Assembly: GCA_002269645.1 (NCBI GenBank)
Contig: NIVC01000861.1
Location: 362,360-426,359, forward strand
DNA: 64,000 nt
Direction of reading: 5' to 3'
Source: Macrostomum lignano
Lineage: Eukaryota
Shown here: in pieces, positions 37,299 through 49,175 of the stretch
Layout of the letters: the number at the start of each line of letters is the position of its first letter
How positions within the stretch are numbered: the stretch's first letter is position 1
Position numbers and translations under genes: made by a program
The notes under the pieces: generated by a model
Database searches by the model: none
What the model was told of the DNA's origin: nothing
The model's input: only the letters and a program-made list of their open reading frames with translations

Positions 37299-38029
37299 GA
37301 TGCAAAAACAAGAAAATACTATAGATAAAGTGAAGAAATAATCGAGGAATGCAGACTAATATATACAAATAGTAGGACAACTTCGTAGGAAGGTATTTGT
37401 ACCATAGACAGTGACAGCGGGCGCGAAATAAAGTCAATCTATAGAAGTGAAGGTGTTTTTGTCATAGACAGTTGCAGCGGGCGCGAAATATCATTTTTCG
37501 TGCCCGCTATAGTTGCTGGCTCTGTTATGCCATAATACTAATATGGATGGGCTGCTACGGGTAGAAATGAGCGAATCGGCCTCCGCGCGTACGCTTGTCA
37601 AATCTTCACTTTCTGTTTAAAATGGTTATGGGCGTAGATAGATAGATAGTTTCCTAGATAGGCAAATTTGTATTGCGGCAATAGTAAAAGTGCGACCGCT
37701 ATTTTCGTCACTTGTGCGAAAAAAAGCCGACATGGCTTGCTTAAATTTTGAGTTCAGTAGCTTAAGGACATAGACGCCTAACTGATTGTTCTGACTATGG
37801 ATTTGAGGGCAGGAATGAGCGAATCCGAGGGATTCAGCTCATTCATGCCTGAAAATCCATAGTCAGAACTATTTTGTTTCACGATTGGCCATAGACTAAA
37901 ACAGCGGGCACGGAATCTGCCGTCTTGCCCGCGAAATCGTGAGACAACATAAGCTAAAAGCTACTCAATCAAGCTAAGAATGATGCATGCACTGCAGGGA
38001 CTACTGACGAAGTTGAGTTCAGTAGTTGA

Positions 38030-38530
38030 TTATCACGCTGTCGCGAGTTGCAGTATTTTTCACACTGGAGATTGCCCCCAGTCGCTACTATTCCAACTAT
38101 GGATCCGCCGGGTGGCTCCAGGAAAATAAGGCTAAACTTCATCTGGCCCCAGCTGTACCAGGTGGCCGCCTCAGACTCAGCACGATGAACTGCCAAACTC
38201 TGAAGGCCCCCTGGCATCATCCTTGTCCAGCTGGCCCACGACCTACAGCTGAACCTCATCATGCTGCAGGAGGTTTCTATCGTGGCTGAGCCGGGGCTCC
38301 AATCTGAGAACCTCGGAGCCGGCTGGAGCCTCCTGGACAAATCGGCAGACGACCGTGGCCACGGCGGTGTCGGCGTACAGTTCGGACCGCGCCTTCGGCA
38401 GAGCGTGCACTGCACTTCGCTGTCCCCTCGAGTCGCGACTGATGCGGGTCGACCTGCGCCTGCACGTCCGCTGCATTCGGCTGCTCTGCGCGCATACACC
38501 GACCCCAAGGAGGCTCCTGCAAATTTTCCT
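38030..38530 (+). mobile_element. LINE apurinic-endonuclease fragment
   Basis: LRLSTMNCQTL, LIMLQEVS, GHGGVGV; frameshifted. Confidence 0.7.
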
Positions 38531-38817
38531 AGGAATTCTAGCGTGAATTCTCGTTGGCAAGGCTGAAATACTCAACTAGTTAAAGTGTTATGCCCGACAC
38601 AAAAAAAAATTTATAAAACAATTTATTCAATTTTACACAAGATCCAAGCTAACCTTTAAAAAGTAAGATACTCCCCCACCAGTTAAGCGTAAACCAGTCA
38701 AATGTTTTATAAACCGCAACCAAAAAGTAACACTTGGTTCGACTGCACGGACCAATGACTTAGTGTCAGTTTTTCAACTTGAATTTCACAACTATTTGCA
38801 AGGCAGGTGTTCGGAGG

Positions 38818-40503
38818 TTAGGCGATGGTATTTGCCTGAGCTGGAGCAGCCTGTCGGTTCATCTCTGCCAGCATTTTGATCTCCTGCTCGCAAAATCTCT
38901 GACCGAACAGAGTAGCCGAGATGGCCTGAGTCACTGCCGCATTGAGCTGAAAGACACCCAGAGCCAACACTTCGGCCATTTGACGCGAACGCTTCGGGTC
39001 GTAGCAGGCATTGTTGGGCCAGAGAGTGTTCTCCAGGTAGTTGCGGCACAGCGGGTCGCAGCCGGTCCGAGAGAAGCACTTGTTGGCGGCCATTTCAGAA
39101 TAAACTCGTTTCGGCATGTCACCGTTTCGCATGGCGGTGATGTTGCAACCCCTCTCAACTTGGGGAGTGATGCCGCTCTCCACCCAGCACTGGTTGATTC
39201 CAGACACTGCGACACAGTGTCCGAGCTTGTCATGGTTAGTTTGGGCTACATTGTTCGGATAGTAGTATACAAATGCGGCGCACATTTCATCTCTGGCGCT
39301 TTCCCCAAGGAAGATGGTAACGTTGGTTTTTAGTGTGCTGTAGTAGCATTCGGTCTTTACTTCGTCACCTTTCCGGTATTCAATCGGTGGGTCGAACTTT
39401 TGCAACTTCGGAGATTTGAAATCGTATACTTGAAGAGGAGACAGGTCTTTAATCATAGTTCCGTTTCTCCACAACGAGATGCGTCCTTTAATGCCATAGG
39501 TGTGCATGTGAATGAATGCTGCGGTGATGTAGCGAGTCTCAGTGTGATACCGGTTCGTGCACACCGAAGGGCACGTGTGGTTCACGCTGATCAACGGCTG
39601 TCGCGGTGGAAGAACGAGATTTATCTCGCCATACATAAGAGTTCCCAAGTCGTATGGTCGCAGGTTTTGTGTAAAGTAAAGAGCAAAGCCAGAAGCGTCG
39701 GTGTAGCCTGAATGTTTCATCGGGTTGTTCCAGTGAAGCTGCAAAACTCCGTACCGAAGGCCATCACCGCCGATTCGGAACCCCGCGTTGCTGTTGATGC
39801 ACTCACCTTCAAGTCCGTAGGCCCAGAGGTTTAGCAACTCAGTGCAGTTTCCACTCGGAAACAATTGACACTTTTGTGGACTATTGAAAAGTGTCTCTGC
39901 GGGTTTTGCAGTACAGGCATACATAATCATGTGGTGCATGACCTTGTTGTCAATGATTGGCCTCGATCCGATCAGGTGAACCGGAGAGGCAGTGTTGTTC
40001 AACTCGAACGCCTGACAGATGTACGTTGTCTCTCTCGCAGGCACGGGAGTCGGTTTGAGGGTGAAGTTCCTGACGGTCACGTTGACACTGTCAAGTGCTG
40101 GACAGCTGAAGGCCTTCGGACACACGGTCCACGAGTTCTTGCACGTCGCGGAGTCGAGCGGGCAGATGCCAGGGTGGGACAGTCCAGTCGTTCTCGCCGG
40201 AGCTGCTCCGACCTTCCACACGCAGTCGGGGTCTCCGAGCTCTTGGCCGTTCGTGAGTCCGTCGCCGTCTGAGTCCTTGCGGCACAGGTCGATCGTCCAC
40301 TGGAGCCCGGCCGCCTTGAAGTCCAAGCCGAAGGGGTTTCTCGCGTTAGCGCCGGCGGGACTCTGGTGACCGACTCCGGCCCAGATGGCGCCTGGCTGGC
40401 ACGGATTCGGGACGCGATCGCCGTTCGGGATTCGGGACTGGAAAATTTTGTGTGCGTGAGAGCAGCTGAGCAGTGTGGCCAGAGCCACAGGAAGCAGCAG
40501 CAT
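38818..40503 (-). CDS. Temptin-domain copper type II monooxygenase, copy 3, predicted secreted, 561 aa
   Basis: Intact ORF with all six Cu ligands. Confidence 0.93.
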   Translation of the reverse strand: MLLLPVALATLLSCSHAHKIFQSRIPNGDRVPNPCQPGAIWAGVGHQSPAGANARNPFGLDFKAAGLQWTIDLCRKDSDGDGLTNGQELGDPDCVWKVGAAPARTTGLSHPGICPLDSATCKNSWTVCPKAFSCPALDSVNVTVRNFTLKPTPVPARETTYICQAFELNNTASPVHLIGSRPIIDNKVMHHMIMYACTAKPAETLFNSPQKCQLFPSGNCTELLNLWAYGLEGECINSNAGFRIGGDGLRYGVLQLHWNNPMKHSGYTDASGFALYFTQNLRPYDLGTLMYGEINLVLPPRQPLISVNHTCPSVCTNRYHTETRYITAAFIHMHTYGIKGRISLWRNGTMIKDLSPLQVYDFKSPKLQKFDPPIEYRKGDEVKTECYYSTLKTNVTIFLGESARDEMCAAFVYYYPNNVAQTNHDKLGHCVAVSGINQCWVESGITPQVERGCNITAMRNGDMPKRVYSEMAANKCFSRTGCDPLCRNYLENTLWPNNACYDPKRSRQMAEVLALGVFQLNAAVTQAISATLFGQRFCEQEIKMLAEMNRQAAPAQANTIA

Positions 40504-42981
40504 TACGGTATACTAATTCGCTCGTGTATATCCGGATATAAATGCGTAATGCGTAACTTAATAGTATTTAGATGGAGGTCAATGATCTCTAATCTCTCTA
40601 AGACAGAAACCAAAAGAAGAATTTCTGTGCGGAAAGAGGGAGGTAGACAGAAACAGCTGTTTTAATATGGATAATAAGAGGTGGGTAGTCAGCAGTAGTT
40701 TGGGCAGTCAGCAAGCATGTTTCAAGTTTGTCCTTCAACCCATTGCCCAGTGTATTGGGTTTGTATGGGGGTGGAACTGTACCAGGAAGAGCAGTGGTGT
40801 AAGAAGAAAGAGATTCACAATTTACTGGCCTCCTAGTAGTCTAACTTAGAGTAATGGCATTGCAACGCCTGCGTGAGTCCAGAGCTGCTTTTCTAGCATG
40901 CGTTGGAGGGCTACGGAAGAGTAGGAAACCATTCGGCAGCCGGATAAGCATCGATTTTTTCTAGTAGACTGGCATAATGCGTGTGACAGATAAACTCATT
41001 CAAGTTGGGGAATATGCTTGTGCGCATGCGTGGAACGTGCGTTATGAATTTCGGGCCAAGAAATTATTTACCTATTCATTCGGTCCTGCGCCTCTGGATG
41101 AATAACTTCAATTAATCTATATTAAAAAAGAGTTCAGCAAATTTTTGTTGCTCACGTTGCTCATTCGCGTGTCACATCTTCTTCGTTAGGACCTGCCCGT
41201 AGGACCTGGAGCTGACCCTCGACTACGATGTGACCCGGTGACATATCAAAGCTTCACAGACTTGGGATCCTAATGATGACAGGCTCAAGAAGATCTACCA
41301 AAAGGAAATCGCCAGAATTACCACCAACCATAAAGTTTCGACTCTCGCAGTTACGCACGGGACACTGTCGCCTCACTAACTACTGGAGTCAGATAGTGGG
41401 GCTGGTGCCCCCGAGCCTTTCCCCGAATGCGGGAGTACTGAAGACAAAGATCACTGGTTCCTGTGCCCTAAGTGAGACTGGCTTCGGCGAGCTCTCGATG
41501 TGCACTTGCTTGAGGACTTAAGTAATGAGGACTTGGTGTTAAGATTCCTTCGGTCAGCCAAACCCGGAGTGGCTCTGATCGGGGACTCGTTCCGACGACA
41601 CACACACACACAAACAGTAGCGGCAGCGCCTGTGAAAACAGCAGTGCTAACAGCAGCACCTACGGCGGCACCAGCAGCAGCGTCAAAAGCGGTACCAGCG
41701 GCCGGGACCTACACCTGCGAGGGCCATCGTAAAGTGCGAACTTATGTCGCGCCCATTAGACGGCGACCGAAATTCGCGCCGACCGCAGACTCAAGGGTAT
41801 CACAATTTTTTGCAGCCCAATCCAGCCTACCCCCAGCAAGCTTCACCAAGAGCATCTGTGAAGTGGCGGCTTCTTAACGTGGCTCGTCTACGAAAACAAA
41901 CTGCCAGCGGACTGCGCCGCGACGAGCACCCGAATGATGGCGGAATGGCAGCATCACACGTGCTGCGACCTGTCGACACGCTTCGACAAGCTGCTGGCCG
42001 TCGTCAACCTCACCTCGCTCAGCCACATCGGCGCTAAGAGGGCTTGCAACCTTAATTCGCAAGAGGATGGGCCGCTTGACTGCCACCTGGACTGCCTCCG
42101 AGGGCTGGCGCACATCTCGTCCCCAGCTCTGGCTCAGCAGCAACGTGATCTTTGACACCTCACTAAACGACGTAATTTGCCAGAATAACCTTCACTCTAT
42201 AACTATTGATTCGGCCTAAAATGTCCTGCCCTTTGCAACGTTTTCTATCCTCTTTTTTTAAACTTTAATATTGCCACACTTAATAACACTTACATGTTTG
42301 GTTTATTTAGCATTCACTATTCGATTTATAACTCTCCAATGGAACCGGTAATTTTACTTTCAAATATTTGAGTTCAACTTTGCAATTACGCTCGTACACA
42401 CGAGCCTTGTCATCCTCTTACATTATGCACACATTAAGCATTATAGTTGTCAAACGCGGTACACAAATATTTGCTACACTTTTCGATCGCCATAGCTACT
42501 CAATCCAATAAATGTTTTTGCACTACTTAAAATTGCAATGTGCAATATTTTTTAAACTCTTTTATATCCACTCCTTGTAGAAGTTATCGTAATATTATTA
42601 TACGAATGACAAAATTAAAAAATGAATTTTGATGTGCTCCATCGCCAACTGTATTTTTTCGTCTTCGTGTATCTGCTTACATTGAGCGAACCCACCCAAC
42701 CTCCAACCCACCAACCAACCAACCCACCCCCTTCCAAACTGTGCTATTTTAGAAACTACTTAAAGGCTGGCCCTGCCTTCTGGTGCCTCTGCGCTTTAAG
42801 TTAGTTCCATAGACAGCATGCCTTGGGCGTTCTAGCACGAGCGCTAGCCTGTCTTTGCTGTATTGCATACTCTATGGCCCAAGCTGGTGCTGCTGAAGCA
42901 AGGTTTGGCTTCAAAAGTGCTAATACCGAAGGCATATCTGCTAGAGTTTTAATACGCAGCTTATTGTGATACTGTTTTTGC

Positions 42982-43278
42982 ATGACTGCGTCTGCTTCGA
43001 GGCTTCAGTGCGCTGCATACGGATGCCTCAACTACGCCGGCAAGTGTCCGCCGGGCACTAGATTTCACCGGTTTCCAGCAGCCAGAGAGCGGTGAGTGGC
43101 AGCTCGATAATTCTTAAAAATGATAATAGCGTTTTTATGTTACCACACCCCTTTTCGTTTTAGATGAAAAGATTGGGCTAAGCGCATCTCCGGAGCTGAC
43201 CTGCTGGGCAGGAAGAACGAGGCAAAGTGGAAGAATGCGTGCGTCTGCAGCCAGCACTTCGCTGATGACTGCTCATGA
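42982..43278 (+). pseudogene. THAP-domain relic with a GT-AG intron (43092-43163) and in-frame TGA
   Basis: Spliced translation MTASASRLQCAAYGCLNYAGKCPPGTRFHRFPAARER*KDW...VCSQHFADDCS*. Confidence 0.7.
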
Positions 43279-44201
43279 CTTTGCGCACGCACCGTTATGA
43301 ACAAATTAATTACAAGGATAGCGCAGCAAAGGCTTTCAAAGGCTGTCTTGAGCTAGACTTTTAAATTCAACTTTGCGTTAAAAAATGCAGCTACTTATCA
43401 GCTTCACAACGTTAGTAGTACAAGTGCATTTATTTTCGCTTTCATAGAGAACTGCCGATTCGCCATTCTGTGTCTATTCTGTGGCTTATGGTTCCTCTCA
43501 AAAAATAGCATGCAACATGACTCGCGGTTTAACTACCCTAAGGTAGTTGGAGAGCGGGCTACTTACAGCAGTTGCATTACTGGTCAGGGGATTATGCAAA
43601 CGTTTTAGTGTACGAGTTGTATTGAAAATAGTCCAACAGTACGTACAATTAAAATTTCTGAACTTTTGAGTAGGGATTCTCAGTATGTCTCAAAGTTAAT
43701 TCACAAAGAGTAATGTTAAAGTTAAATGTAAGTTAACATTAGGTGGCAGAAAGAAGAAACGGTTTTCTTAAATATAAAAAAGCAAAAGAATGAGAGCTGA
43801 AACTAATACAGTGTCGAACTTGTGTTTTTCTTTGACAAGATCCGAATTTTAATTTGCGAACCATAATCGTGATTTTTTAATTTTGCCTATCATATTTACA
43901 TGTACAAAGATTTAGTGGAAAACAGTTTTAAAGAGACTGTTAATGCTTATTAGTAATTAGGCCAAACTAGCTAGTTCGTAAATAACTTCACATGAGTCGC
44001 GGAAGTTTTATGAAAAAAATAAACTTGAAGTTTACGTTTACGTTTTTAGGTTCAACAAGTCTGCCCTACCGTAGCTGCCATATAAGTTCATCTATGACTA
44101 CAGTCATAATAATTGTCATAATAGTTTATTTTTCATGCGTAAAGTGCAGTTCTTCTCTTACAGGTGGCTTTAATTCTTAATTAGGCTAATGCTTTTTACT
44201 C

Positions 44202-44450
44202 GTAGCCTAGATGGGGGATTGAAGCCGGGTGCTTAGAGCGTCGGACTCACGACTTGAAGGTCGACTTGGAATAATTAGTGTCCTTGAGCAAGACACTTGA
44301 CTCTGCATTGCCTCAGTTCACTCAGCTGTAAAATGAGTGCCAGAATTAGCTGGGGTAATTGAGGGTGTGTGTGGTGACTCCCCAGACCTTGGACTGAACA
44401 GCCGTACGCAGCCTACAGTTAGCTGCAGTAGCTGCGGCTGAGCTGTCGGT
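44202..44450 (+). mobile_element. SINE copy C (rearranged head, partial)
   Basis: Shares ttagagcgtcggactcacgacttgaaggtc and the CORE-like body. Confidence 0.8.
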
Positions 44451-45110
44451 GTTAAATATTGAACTTTGCCGTAGTCTTCTAGGACTCTCACTGTGGCTCT
44501 ATCTATAACTAACTTTTATTTCCAGTATTAGAGCCATATAGCGGAGGCAACGGATTCAACGGAGGTAACTCATTGTTGTTTACCATCGTAATTGTGCTAA
44601 TCGTTTATTTTTTTATGATGCATATCGGTGAGCTATACTTTCCATTTTTCCATGCCGGCCAAAAGCATGTTTGGTATTTTTTTACTTTTGCAGAACTCGG
44701 GATCCAGGGTTGAAATCAGTAAAATCTCGTGATAGGATAAAGCTCCTAAATCTACCTACCAGGCTAACAGGCTATTTGCAGAAAAGGATCCCAGGGAGTC
44801 ACGTGGGTCAAATGACTCACGAGATAAAGATTAAGGTCACGATGACTACATGTACCCCGAAAAAAAATCTTGACCGCGGCGCTAAAAACGCATCAAGCAT
44901 AGAGGACATGGCGATGGCAAATAAATGTGCAGTTCACCGATGTCCCCCATAAGTAACTGTCGTGCTCCGGCCTCCTTCCTAGAGGGAGTCGCTCAGTGTT
45001 TTCAAGTGTCTTCAGGATTGCACAATGAAACTTCAACAAGTCAAAGCTTAATTTACTGCGAGTAGTGTTGCAAAAGTCTATAAAAATATTTGTCTCTTTC
45101 ATCACTAGTA

Positions 45111-46072
45111 TTGGTTTTGACAATCAATATGAGAAAATGGACAATCAAAATGAAAACAGCCGTAGATCTGCATGCAGCAGCTCAGCTCAGCTTCGCAGCA
45201 GCTGCGGCTTAGGCCATAGACTTTTTGACGATCGAAATGAGAATTGGACAATCAAAATGGCAACGGGAGCAGTGTGCGCGTTTATTTGAATTAAATTTTA
45301 ACAATAGAAACGAGAAATTGACAACAGAAATGGCAACACAGTCAGAAAAATGATGGAAACACAGCAGTCCAGCAGCATAGGTTCAGAACTCCTGCCCAGC
45401 AAGGCAGCGTCCAAGCTGACGGAAGCAGCGCAATTCCCACGCAGCTGCCTTGTCCGGAGTCACGGCTTCAGGCAATGACTCACGCGCCACTCTCTCCAGC
45501 AGCATGTAACGCCACTCTCTCCAGCAGCATGTAACGCCACTCTTCCTGGTTCACGCCTTCTGGGGCAACTGCCTCTTCCTCAACGATGTCAGGCTGCGCC
45601 AGTCTGCTTTTGATCTTGGCCTTGAGGCAACTGTTGGCGAATTCCGAAGGGTTCAGAAAAGGTGAATATCTCGGAAGAATGCGGATGGACACAGCGTGCT
45701 GCAGAATGCGCGCTGCTCGATGGAAATGCGGACCGTCCATCACGACAATCCACGAAACCGCAGCTGCGTCCTTACCGGTGTGCCTCGATCTATTGCCTCG
45801 ATGAGCCGACGTCTGTCATCTGGACTCACAGGTGGTGCCATCACCAGCAAACTGGAGAGATGGCTGAGAAAGATGGCTGGCTAATGCTTAAATGTGCTGC
45901 CTCGCTAAACTAACCGCGCGTTGCCATTTTGATTGTCCAATTCTCATTTCGATCGTCAAAAGTCTATGGCCTAAGCCGCAGCTGCTGCGAAGCTGAGCTG
46001 AGCTGCTGCATGCAGATCTACGGCTGTTTTCATTTTGATTGTCCATTTTCTCATATTGATTGTCAAAACCAA
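45111..46072 (-). mobile_element. Internally deleted Tc1/mariner (IS630-like DDE) transposon with ~155-bp TIRs and TA TSD
   Basis: TIRs 45111-45265 / 45919-46072 near-perfect; internal MDGPHFH...LPRYSPFLNPSE; paralogous empty site at 21717-21718. Confidence 0.88.
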
Positions 46073-46462
46073 TATGTTCCACATACTGAAAACATTGATT
46101 TCTTGTGTCTTGTAAGGGACTACTTTTAATTTCGACTGCTTGCAAATTATCATAGAAAATCTGTAAGTATTTTTCGTAGACCAGGCTGAAATACATTTGT
46201 CTTGATAAAAGAACAAATACTCTAAACTACATAGTTAAAATGTAATGCTCAATCATAAAACTAATATTTATTGAAACATTAATTATTTCCAAACAAAATC
46301 CATACAGGTGTCTAGCAATTTAAAAATTAAAGCCAGTCAAATAAATTGTAAACCGAAACCAAAAAAGTAACTCCTGGTTTAACTGCACGGCCTAATGACT
46401 TGATATAAGTTTTGAAATTACTGTCAAAACTAGCTCGTATTCGCATGGCAGGTGTCCAGAGG

Positions 46463-48148
46463 TTAGGCGATGGTATTTGTCTGAGCTGGAGCAGCCGGTC
46501 GGTCCATCTCTGCCAGCATTTTGATCTCCTGCTCGCAAAATCTCTGACCGAACAGAGTAGCCGAGATGGCCTGAGTCACTGCCGCATTGAGCTGAAAGAC
46601 ACCCAGAGCCAACACTTCGGCCATTTGACGCGAACGCTTCGGGTCGTAGCAGGCATTGTTGGGCCAGAGAGTGTTCTCCAGGTAGTTGCGGCACAGCGGG
46701 TCGCAGCCTGTCCGAGAGAAGCACTTGTTGGCGGCCATTTCAGAATAAACTCGTTTCGACATGTCACCGTTTCGCATGGCGGTGATGTTGCAACCCCTCT
46801 CGATCTGAGGAGTGATGCCGCTCTCCACCCAGCACCGGTTGATTCCAGATACAGCGACACAGTGTCCGAGCTTGTCATGGTTAGTTTGGGCTACATTGTT
46901 CGGATAGTAGTATACAAATGCGAAGCACATTTCATCTCTGGTGCCTTTGCCATAGAAGATTGAAACGTTGGTTTTTAGTGTGCTGTAGTAGCATTCGGTC
47001 TTTACTTCGTCACCTTTCCGGTATTCGATCGGTGGGTCGAAAGCGTGAATCTCCGGAGAGTTATAATCGTACACTTGAAGAGGAGACAGGTCTTTAATCA
47101 TAGTTCCGTTTCTCCACAACGAGATGCGTCCTTTAATGCCATAAGCGTGCATGTGGATGAGTACGGCGGTGATGTAGCGAGTCTCATTGTGGTACCGGTT
47201 CGTGCACACCGAAGGGCAGGTGTGGTTCACGCTGATCAACGGCTGTCGCGGTGGGAGAACGAGATTTATCTCGCCATACATAAGAGTTCCCATGTCGTAT
47301 GGTCGAAGGTTTTGTGCAAAGTAAAGAGCAAAGCCAGATGCATCGGTGTAGCCTGAATGTTTCATCGGGTTGTTCCAGTGAAGCTGCAAAACTCCGTACC
47401 GAAGGCCATCACCGCCGATTCGGAACCCCGCGTTGCTGTTGATGCACTCACCTTCAAGTCCGTAGGCCCAGACGTTCATCAACTCGGTGCAGTTTTCAAT
47501 GAGCATTAAACACGGTTGTGGACTGTTGAAAAGTGTCTCTGCGGGTTTTGCAGTGCAGGCATACATAATCATGTGGTGCATGACGTTTTTGTTGTCAATG
47601 ATCGGCCTCGATCCGAGCAGGTGAACCGGAGAGGCAGTGTTGTTCAACTCGAACGCCTGACAGGATTAGGTGGTCTCAGTGGCGGGCACGGCAGTCGGTT
47701 TAAGGGTGAAGTTCCTGACGGTCACGTTGACACTGTCAAGTGCTGGACAGCTGAAGGCCTTCGGACACACGGTCCACGAGTTCTTGCACGTCGCGGAGTC
47801 GAGCGGGCAGATGCCAGGGTGGGACAGTCCAGTCGTTCTCGCCGGAGCTGCACCTACCTTCCACACGCAGTCGGGGTCTCCGAGCTCTTGGCCGTTCGTG
47901 AGTCCGTCGCCGTCCGAGTCCTTGCGGCACAGGTCGACCGTCCACTGGAGCCCGGCCGCCTTGAAGTCCATGCCGAATGGGTTTCTGGCGTTAGCGCCGG
48001 CGGGACTCTGGTGTCCGACTCCGGCCCAGATGGCGCCTGGCTGGCACGGGTTCGGGACGCGGTCGCCGTTCGGGATTCGGGACTGGAAAATTTTGTGCGC
48101 GTGAGAGCAGCTGAGCAGTGCAGCCAGAGCCACAGGAAGCAGCAGCAT
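46463..48148 (-). pseudogene. Temptin-domain copper monooxygenase, copy 4, with in-frame TAA at 47666-47668
   Basis: Both ORF pieces are in the same frame; paralogous TAC ATC reads TAA TCC here. Otherwise intact with all Cu ligands. Could be a consensus error. Confidence 0.8.
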
Positions 48149-48882
48149 TATAATACACTAATTATATTGGTGGTCCTTTTAAGTCTAATAATTCGTAAGG
48201 CGTAAGTGTCTTTAAATGGAGGCGATCGCTTGAGTCTAACTGCTTTCGCTTGAGAAGAAATTAGGGCGCAATGACGAGCAAGCCACGTGGAGACCATAGT
48301 TGATTTAAAGGATGCCTACTTTACTCTAGGCTTGCTGCGTGGGTCTCAGTGTCAAGTGTGTTAACCCCACCCCACTTGCGCCGTCTTCTCCCTCACGCCC
48401 TCCCCCGCCGCACGACGGGGGCTTTCAAGTTGACTTTCCCCTTCTCATTGCTGCTTCGTGCTCGCTGCCAGCCGCCGCTTTTTCTTTCTGTCTCTGCTGG
48501 TGGGGTTGCGGGTTAATATACAATTAAAAATTAAGTAACAACGTGCATTATACATGTAGGTGTCGCTCGTCGGTAAGAAGTCGATTATTGGTTCTCCTTA
48601 TTGCATTTTCTATGTCAATTTCATAAGCGTTACTAGATTCCACTAATTTGTTTTCTTCTTACTTCAAAACTTTTCTTTACTGTGGATGGACTGTGCCTTT
48701 GTAAATATAATATTTGAATATTACACAAAGCCACCTTGCGTTTTCTTCAATTCAAACCATGCTAAATTCAATGAAATGAAAGAACGATCAAACAAGGATA
48801 ACCCTAACCCTAACCCTAATCAGTGGTTAGGGACGCCTCTACCTTGAATTTTTGATACTAATAATGATAATAATAATAATAA

Positions 48883-49175
48883 TAATTGATTACGCCTGTT
48901 CCCAATTGGGCCAGATGTGCAACCGACAGCTCAGTCGCAGCTATTGCACAGCACATCTGAAAGCTGCGGCTGAGCTGTTCAGTCCAAGGACTGGGGGATC
49001 GCCACACACACCCTCAATCATCCCAGCTAATGCTGGCACCCATTTTACAGCTGGGTGAACTGAAGCAATGCAGAGTTTAGTGTCTTGCTCAAGGACACAA
49101 ATTGTTCCAGTGGGATCGGGAATCGAACCGCCGACCTTCAAATCGTGAGTCCGACGCTCTAGCCAGTAGGCTACA
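48883..49175 (-). mobile_element. SINE copy D
   Basis: Full-length reverse copy with (TTA)n tail. Confidence 0.85.

Noticed and set aside
43164-43167. Selenocysteine or read-through at the TGA in the THAP relic
   Set aside because: No SECIS evident and the ORF ends shortly after; simple decay is more likely.
48801-48832. Interstitial telomeric repeat (CCCTAA)3
   Set aside because: Too short to distinguish from chance or slippage.
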